Position numbers and translations under genes: made by a program. A DNA stretch of 63,877 nt, counting the filler. It is 6 parts of 6 records of this genome, joined end to end, with 100 filler letters (N's around TTAATTAATTAA, not from the genome) between each part and the next. Parts side by side here need not be neighbours in the genome. Positions count along the whole stretch, not along the records: positions 58,550 to 63,877 come from SRR22947727_6284; 5 more parts are not named here. One strand, 5' to 3'. Numbering within the stretch: the first letter of the stretch is position 1; each line of letters begins with the position of its first letter. The notes under the pieces were generated by a model. The model did not search any database. It was not told the origin of the DNA and was given only the letters and a program-made list of their open reading frames with translations. Shown piece by piece: positions 58,551 through 63,877 of the stretch.

Positions 58551-61295
58551 GTCGAGCTCCGAGAGGGCGCGCGCAAGGAGCCCAACACCCGCGCCACCAC
58601 GGCCGAGCTGTTTGGCGGCCTGAGCGCAAACTCACAAAATAAGATCGGCTCGCTGCGCTTTGATCTTATGGCCATAAATGACCGCTTCGCAAATTTTCTA
58701 ACCGCTGGATTTTATTACAAAACTTTCATGTGGCCCGCCGCCTTTTGGGAAAAACTCTACGAGCCGATTATTCGCAAAGCCGCCGGGCTGGGAAGTATAA
58801 GCTTGCAAGAGGATCCCGACGCCTATGATCGCGGCTTTTTGCACTGTGATCTGCTGATCATCGGTGCGGGCCCTGCCGGGCTTGCCGCCGCGCTGACCGC
58901 GGGGCGTGCCGGCGCGCAGGTGATCTTGGCCGATGAGGACTTCACCCTCGGCGGCAGGCTCAATTCTGAACGCCTCACCCTTGGCGATCAGAACGGCGCA
59001 GATTGGGCGGCACAAACCGTAGCAGAGCTGGCCAGTCTACCCAATGTCCGCATCATGGCGCGCACCACAGTGCTCGGCGCCTTTGATCATGGCATTTTTG
59101 GCGCTTTGGAGCGGGTCTCGGACCACCTGCCCCAGCCAGCCCCAGGCAAACCCAGGCAAGTGCTTTGGCGGATCTATACCAAGGGCAGCCTTCTGTGCGC
59201 GGGCGCAACCGAGCGCCCCATCGCCTTCGAAAACAATGATCGGCCCGGGATCATGCTGGCCGGGGCGATGCGCAGCTATGCCAACCGATGGGCCGTGACC
59301 CCAGCGCAGAGGGTGGCGGTCTTTACCAACAATGACGACGGGCACCGAACCGCAGCCGATCTTCACGCAAAGGGCGTTGCCATTGCCGCCGTGATCGATG
59401 TGCGGCCCGATGCGCCGCTCAGTGGCGACTATGAGGTCATCGCAGGCGGTCAGGTGATCAACAGCCGCGGACGTTTGGGGCTCAAATCCATTGAGGTCGC
59501 CCTGCCCGGCGGCGGAAAGCGCCAGTTGTCTTGCGGGGCTCTTGGTGTGGCGGGCGGTTGGAACCCCAATGTGCATCTGACCAGCCACCACCGCGGCCGG
59601 CCTGAGTGGCTGCCACAGATCGCTGCCTTTGGCCCAGCTGCCGAGGGACCAAAAGCGCTGCGCGTGGCCGGCGCGGCCAAGGGGGATCTATCCACCGCTG
59701 GCGCCCTGCGCGGCGGCGCAGATGAAGCCGCCAGCTGGCTTCGCGAGAACGGATTTAGAGCGTCGAGGCTTGAGCTGCCAGAGGCCGAAGGCGCGCCCAT
59801 CTCCATCACGCCCTTTTGGGCTGTCAAAGGCTGCAACCGCGCTTGGCTCGATCAACAAAATGACGTGACGGTTAAAGACGTCAAATTGGCCCATCAGGAA
59901 AATTTCGTCAGCGTTGAACATCTCAAACGCTACACCACGCTGGGCATGGCCACAGATCAGGGCAAGACGTCCAATATGGGCGGGCTCGCAATTATGGCGG
60001 AGCTGACTGGCAAAGCCATTCCAGAGGTCGGCACAACCATTTTCCGGCCGCCCTATACTGCAACGGCCATTGGGGCCTTTGCAGGGCGTGATCGCGGGAC
60101 ACACTTCCGCCCCACCCGCAAGACCCCAAGCCATGCTTGGGCCGAAGAACAAGGCGCGGTCTTTGTGGAAGTGGGCATGTGGCTGAGGGCCCAATGGTTC
60201 CCAAAAGACGGCGAAACCCATTGGCGGCAATCTGTCGACCGGGAAGTGCTGGCCACGCGCAAATCTGTCGGTATTTGCGATGTCACAACCCTCGGAAAAA
60301 TCGACGTGCAAGGCACAGATGCCGCGACCTTTCTAAACAAGGTTTATTGCAACGGTTTCGCCAAATTGGCCGTCGGCAAGACCCGTTATGGATTGATGCT
60401 GCGCGAAGACGGGATCGCCATGGATGATGGCACCGCCGCCCGGCTGGCGGAAGATCACTTTGTGGTCACAACCACCACGGCAAATGCTGTCTCAGTCTTT
60501 CGCCACATGGAATTTGCCCGCCAATGCCTCTGGCCAGATCTCGATGTGCAGCTGATTTCAACCACCGAGGCCTGGGCACAATATGCGGTGGCGGGGCCAA
60601 ATGCGCGGCGGTTGCTACAAAAGATTGTTGATCCAGAATTTGACCTGTCCAATGAGGCTTTCCCCTTTATGGCCTGCGCCAATATCACCGTTTGCGGTGG
60701 GCTGCGCGCCCGGCTGTTTCGGATTTCTTTCTCCGGAGAGCTGGCCTATGAAATCGCAGTGCCGACGCGCTACGGCGATGCGATGATCCGGCGTCTTATG
60801 CAGGCCGGAGAGGAATTTGAAGCGATGCCCTATGGTACAGAAGCCTTAGGTGTTATGCGCATTGAAAAAGGTCATGCGGCTGGTAATGAGCTCAATGGCA
60901 CCACCACGGCCCTAAATCTTGGTATGGGGCGCATGGTGTCCAAGGCAAAGGACAGCATCGGCTCCACCCTATCGGAACGCAGCGGGCTGAACCATGCGGA
61001 GGCGCTGAAACTGGTTGGATTGCGGCCCGTGAACCTGTCCGATCCAGTACCCGCCGGCAGCCATTTGATGTGCAAAGGCGATCCAGTGGATGCCGCCCAT
61101 GACCAAGGCTATGTCACCTCCGCCTGTTTCTCGCCAAATCTGGGCCATTCCATAGCGCTGGCCTATGTCAAGTCTGGCGATAGCCGCATGGGCGAAATCC
61201 TAAGGCTTGTCAGCCCATTGACCGGCTTTGATCACGAGGTTGAAGTGGTCAGTGCCCATTTCATTGATCCTGAGGGGGAGCGTCTGCGTGCATGA
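58551..61295 (+). CDS. soxA: Heterotetrameric sarcosine oxidase subunit alpha (5' truncated)
   Basis: 'EPNTRAT', 'AGFYYKTFMWP', 'GAGPAGL', 'KRYTTLGMATDQGK', C-terminal GcvT-like domain. Confidence 0.95.
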   Translation, partial: VELREGARKEPNTRATTAELFGGLSANSQNKIGSLRFDLMAINDRFANFLTAGFYYKTFMWPAAFWEKLYEPIIRKAAGLGSISLQEDPDAYDRGFLHCDLLIIGAGPAGLAAALTAGRAGAQVILADEDFTLGGRLNSERLTLGDQNGADWAAQTVAELASLPNVRIMARTTVLGAFDHGIFGALERVSDHLPQPAPGKPRQVLWRIYTKGSLLCAGATERPIAFENNDRPGIMLAGAMRSYANRWAVTPAQRVAVFTNNDDGHRTAADLHAKGVAIAAVIDVRPDAPLSGDYEVIAGGQVINSRGRLGLKSIEVALPGGGKRQLSCGALGVAGGWNPNVHLTSHHRGRPEWLPQIAAFGPAAEGPKALRVAGAAKGDLSTAGALRGGADEAASWLRENGFRASRLELPEAEGAPISITPFWAVKGCNRAWLDQQNDVTVKDVKLAHQENFVSVEHLKRYTTLGMATDQGKTSNMGGLAIMAELTGKAIPEVGTTIFRPPYTATAIGAFAGRDRGTHFRPTRKTPSHAWAEEQGAVFVEVGMWLRAQWFPKDGETHWRQSVDREVLATRKSVGICDVTTLGKIDVQGTDAATFLNKVYCNGFAKLAVGKTRYGLMLREDGIAMDDGTAARLAEDHFVVTTTTANAVSVFRHMEFARQCLWPDLDVQLISTTEAWAQYAVAGPNARRLLQKIVDPEFDLSNEAFPFMACANITVCGGLRARLFRISFSGELAYEIAVPTRYGDAMIRRLMQAGEEFEAMPYGTEALGVMRIEKGHAAGNELNGTTTALNLGMGRMVSKAKDSIGSTLSERSGLNHAEALKLVGLRPVNLSDPVPAGSHLMCKGDPVDAAHDQGYVTSACFSPNLGHSIALAYVKSGDSRMGEILRLVSPLTGFDHEVEVVSAHFIDPEGERLRA

Positions 61296-61848
61296 TCTGA
61301 TCGCCACCACAGCTTTGGGCACAAGCGCCCCAGCTGTCGACCACCATGGTCCCGTCACCTTGACCGAAGAGCCAGGCATCGCACTTGCCTCTGTCGCAGC
61401 ACGCCGCGGGGGAGAGCGCACAACGACCTTGGCCATTCGCCGCATGATCGGGCCGACAGCGCCCAAGGCGGGGCATTGGGCCGGCGCACGGATCATCGCG
61501 TTTTGGACGGGCCCCGATCAATGGATGCTGGAAGCACCCTATGACAGTGAAGAATTTCTATTTGAGCGGGCGATCCAGGAAGTCAAAGGCAAGGCCTCCG
61601 TCACCGAACAAACCGGGGCTTGGTGTCGCTTTGATCTGCGCGGTCCAAATCTTGCGGCCATTATGGAGCGGCTTTGCCCGATCAATATGGCCAAATTCAT
61701 CGCAGGCAACGCCACACGAACCAGCATTGATCACCTCGGTTGCTTTGTGCTCTGCCGCGCGGAGGACCACATCTCGATCCTCGGGCCTCGGTCTTCGGCT
61801 GCATCTTTGCACCACAGCCTGCTGACCGCAATTCGGGCCGCCTTTTAA
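61288..61848 (+). CDS. soxG: Sarcosine oxidase subunit gamma
   Basis: GTG start overlapping the soxA stop; 'WTGPDQW', 'SVTEQTGAW', 'PRSSAASL'. Confidence 0.9.
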   Translation: MHDLIATTALGTSAPAVDHHGPVTLTEEPGIALASVAARRGGERTTTLAIRRMIGPTAPKAGHWAGARIIAFWTGPDQWMLEAPYDSEEFLFERAIQEVKGKASVTEQTGAWCRFDLRGPNLAAIMERLCPINMAKFIAGNATRTSIDHLGCFVLCRAEDHISILGPRSSAASLHHSLLTAIRAAF

Positions 61849-61880
61849 AGCGGCCATCATATGCCCTGACGCCCGCGACC

Positions 61881-62885
61881 CTAGACCGAGGGCACGGGAC
61901 TGTTGTCCAAGACGCGATAGAGATTGATGCGCCGGCGATCCTCTTGGGGAGAGAGTCCAAAGGCCTCACGATAGTGACGCACCATAGGCGTGGTCGAGCC
62001 ATAGCCCACCTTCAGAGCAATTTGTGCCATACTGTCTTTGGAATACATCACCAATTGCTTGGCGGCTTTCATCCGCAATGCACGGTAGTAATGAGACGGG
62101 CTCTGCCCGGTTGCCTTTTTGAAACTGCGCTCAATCTGCCGGGGAGAGACGCCCACGCCATCCGCCACCTCTGCCACAGAAATTGGAGACTCGAGATGGG
62201 CTGCAAAAATGGTCACCGCTTTGGCCACCACGGGCGGTAAGGTCGCGTCGGTGGTGGCGCTCCGATAGGTTGGAATACTCTGCTGCACCCCCTCGCCCCG
62301 CATCAACGGATGCTGAAACCAGCAGGCCACTTCCGTCGCCACATCTGCCCCCAGGCGGGTTTCGATCAAACGCAGTGACAGATCAAAGGCCGCGGCCGCC
62401 CCTGAGGCCGTATAGCGGCGGCTTGCGACTTCAATGACCCGATCCGAGGCCTGAACCTCCGGAAATTCTGAACGGAAGGCGGCATCATAGCACCAATGTA
62501 CCGAAACCACATGACCGGCCATGACCCCGGAGCGGACCAACGGAAACACCCCACCGCTGACACCGCCCAGCACCGCGCCGTGACGGGCCAATGCACGCAG
62601 CGCCCCAAAACCGGCTTTGGCATTGGCAAACTGCACGCGGGGCGGGCTGAGCAGGAACAGATAATCGGGTCGCGTCAGATCGGATAAAGCCAAATCAGGC
62701 TCAAAGCTGATCCCTGCGCTGGAGCGCCGCTTTGCCATCGTCTCTGCAACCAGTGACCAAGAAAACGCCTCCTGCCCCGATATCTCATTTGCCGCGCGCA
62801 GAGGTTCGATCATTGAGGTGAGGCAGGCCATCGGAAAGCCTTCAAAAATCAAGAAACCAACGGACTGGGTTTTCACATCATTCAT
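61881..62885 (-). CDS. GlxA/AraC family regulator (DJ-1/PfpI plus HTH)
   Basis: 'IEPLRAANE', 'VHW', 'RQIERSFK', 'GYGS...FGLSP'. Confidence 0.92.
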   Translation of the reverse strand: MNDVKTQSVGFLIFEGFPMACLTSMIEPLRAANEISGQEAFSWSLVAETMAKRRSSAGISFEPDLALSDLTRPDYLFLLSPPRVQFANAKAGFGALRALARHGAVLGGVSGGVFPLVRSGVMAGHVVSVHWCYDAAFRSEFPEVQASDRVIEVASRRYTASGAAAAFDLSLRLIETRLGADVATEVACWFQHPLMRGEGVQQSIPTYRSATTDATLPPVVAKAVTIFAAHLESPISVAEVADGVGVSPRQIERSFKKATGQSPSHYYRALRMKAAKQLVMYSKDSMAQIALKVGYGSTTPMVRHYREAFGLSPQEDRRRINLYRVLDNSPVPSV

Positions 62886-62953
62886 AAATATGATACTAAA
62901 AGGAAAACTGGCCCAGAGATCAAGAGGTCAAACGCCACGATTGAGGTTGATAT

Positions 62954-63607
62954 ATGACTGTTGAGAAAGCCACCCCGGCAAAGGCCGCCGAACTGACGCA
63001 AGACCCACCCAGGGCGCGTGATGGGCCTGAAAAAACCCTCGAACTGGCCATTGGACGCGCGTTGCGGGGCTTTCGGCGGCGCCAGGAGGTCACGGTCGCC
63101 GAACTTGCCAGCCGCACGGGACTTTCCATTGGAATGCTGTCCAAGATTGAAAATGGCAATACCTCTCCCTCTCTCAAGACATTGCAAGCCCTTGCAACGG
63201 CGCTGTCCATGCCGATCAGTGCTTTTTTCAGCCAGTTTGAGGCGCGCCGAGAAGTGATTCACACAAAAAGTGGTGAAGGGATCGCGACCGAGGAGACTGG
63301 CAGTCTGACAGGTCATGAAACACGTCTTTTGGGACATATCAACGCACCGTCCAGCGGGGTTATCGTAAAGCCATATTTGGTGACGCTAACCTCCAAGACA
63401 GATGTATTGCCAAGCCTCCAACAGGGCGGCACCCAGACCATCTATATGCTGGAGGGAGAAATGGACTACCGACATGGCGACAAGCTCTACAATCTTACCG
63501 CCGGGGACAGCTTGCAATTTGATGCCGATAGCCCCCATGGGCCGGAGGCTCCAAGAGATCTTCCCCTCCGTTATCTGTCCATCGTCAGCGCGCCGCAAAA
63601 CGGCTGA
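62954..63607 (+). CDS. XRE family regulator with cupin domain
   Basis: 'GLSIGMLSKIENGNTSPSL' HTH; 'GDSLQFDADSPHGP' cupin. Confidence 0.9.
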   Translation: MTVEKATPAKAAELTQDPPRARDGPEKTLELAIGRALRGFRRRQEVTVAELASRTGLSIGMLSKIENGNTSPSLKTLQALATALSMPISAFFSQFEARREVIHTKSGEGIATEETGSLTGHETRLLGHINAPSSGVIVKPYLVTLTSKTDVLPSLQQGGTQTIYMLEGEMDYRHGDKLYNLTAGDSLQFDADSPHGPEAPRDLPLRYLSIVSAPQNG

Positions 63608-63617
63608 TCGCTAGATA

Positions 63618-63877
63618 TTAACGCAGCAGGTCAAGCCCCGCCTTGCGGTGCGTGTACCAAACCAAAGCGGCCGCCACCACCAAGGACATGCCACTCGACA
63701 TTACAAGAGACATCCCCCCGGGCGCCGCAGCCCCGACCCAGAGCGCGTGACCCATTGTCAGCACCACGCCAAGAAGCGAAACAAACAAAGCCGGCCGCGC
63801 TGTGGCCCGGCGCAGCAGCATCAAAACACAGCCCAATGCCCCCCCCAAAACCGCAACCGAAAAGGCGGCTGTCACCC
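63618..63877 (-). CDS. Hypothetical membrane protein (5' end outside window)
   Basis: Three hydrophobic segments; open to the window edge. Confidence 0.6.
   Translation of the reverse strand, partial: VTAAFSVAVLGGALGCVLMLLRRATARPALFVSLLGVVLTMGHALWVGAAAPGGMSLVMSSGMSLVVAAALVWYTHRKAGLDLLR

Noticed and set aside
58551-61848. soxA as a sulfur-oxidation gene
   Set aside because: The sequences are sarcosine oxidase alpha/gamma subunits; only the gene symbol is shared.

Overview
This window is not one genome. It is six contigs joined by artificial N44-TTAATTAATTAA-N44 spacers, typical of a concatenated marine metagenome or bin assembly. (1) 1-7818, alphaproteobacterial-like: tetR/crotonase and a DMT transporter next to a small integrative, satellite-like element. 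The element carries an integrase C-terminus, AlpA, a conserved hypothetical, a family A DNA polymerase (Leu at the 762-equivalent position), a small putative wHTH protein and a frameshifted HGGxSTG gene; no primase or helicase is visible. (2) 7919-16925, Rhodobacteraceae-like housekeeping DNA (carB, lrp, aspS, mce, nitroreductase, HDAC-family, M48, yigZ). (3) 17026-39286, a very AT-rich contig with all genes on the + strand that looks like part of a large phage, probably of Bacteroidota. It holds a ~17 kb glycan-biosynthesis cluster containing a complete 2-aminoethylphosphonate pathway (PEP mutase-like, split phosphonopyruvate decarboxylase, AEP transaminase, cytidylyltransferase), followed by phage-like ORFs and four copies of a conserved promoter motif. 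(4) 39387-47333, streamlined gammaproteobacterial (SAR86-like) core genes (pgk end, fba, dtd, LOG, tatABC, ubiEJB, rsgA, orn). (5) 47434-58449, streamlined betaproteobacterial (OM43-like) DNA: atypical panB, 5-formyl-THF cyclo-ligase, ggt, tRNA-Ala(GGC), queF, smc-zipA-ligA. (6) 58550-63877, Rhodobacteraceae-like sarcosine oxidase alpha/gamma genes and regulators. The best candidates for novel systems are the putative virus-encoded phosphonoglycan pathway (contig 3) and the primase-less PolA integrative element (contig 1). All taxonomic and functional calls come from motif recognition by eye, not database searches.
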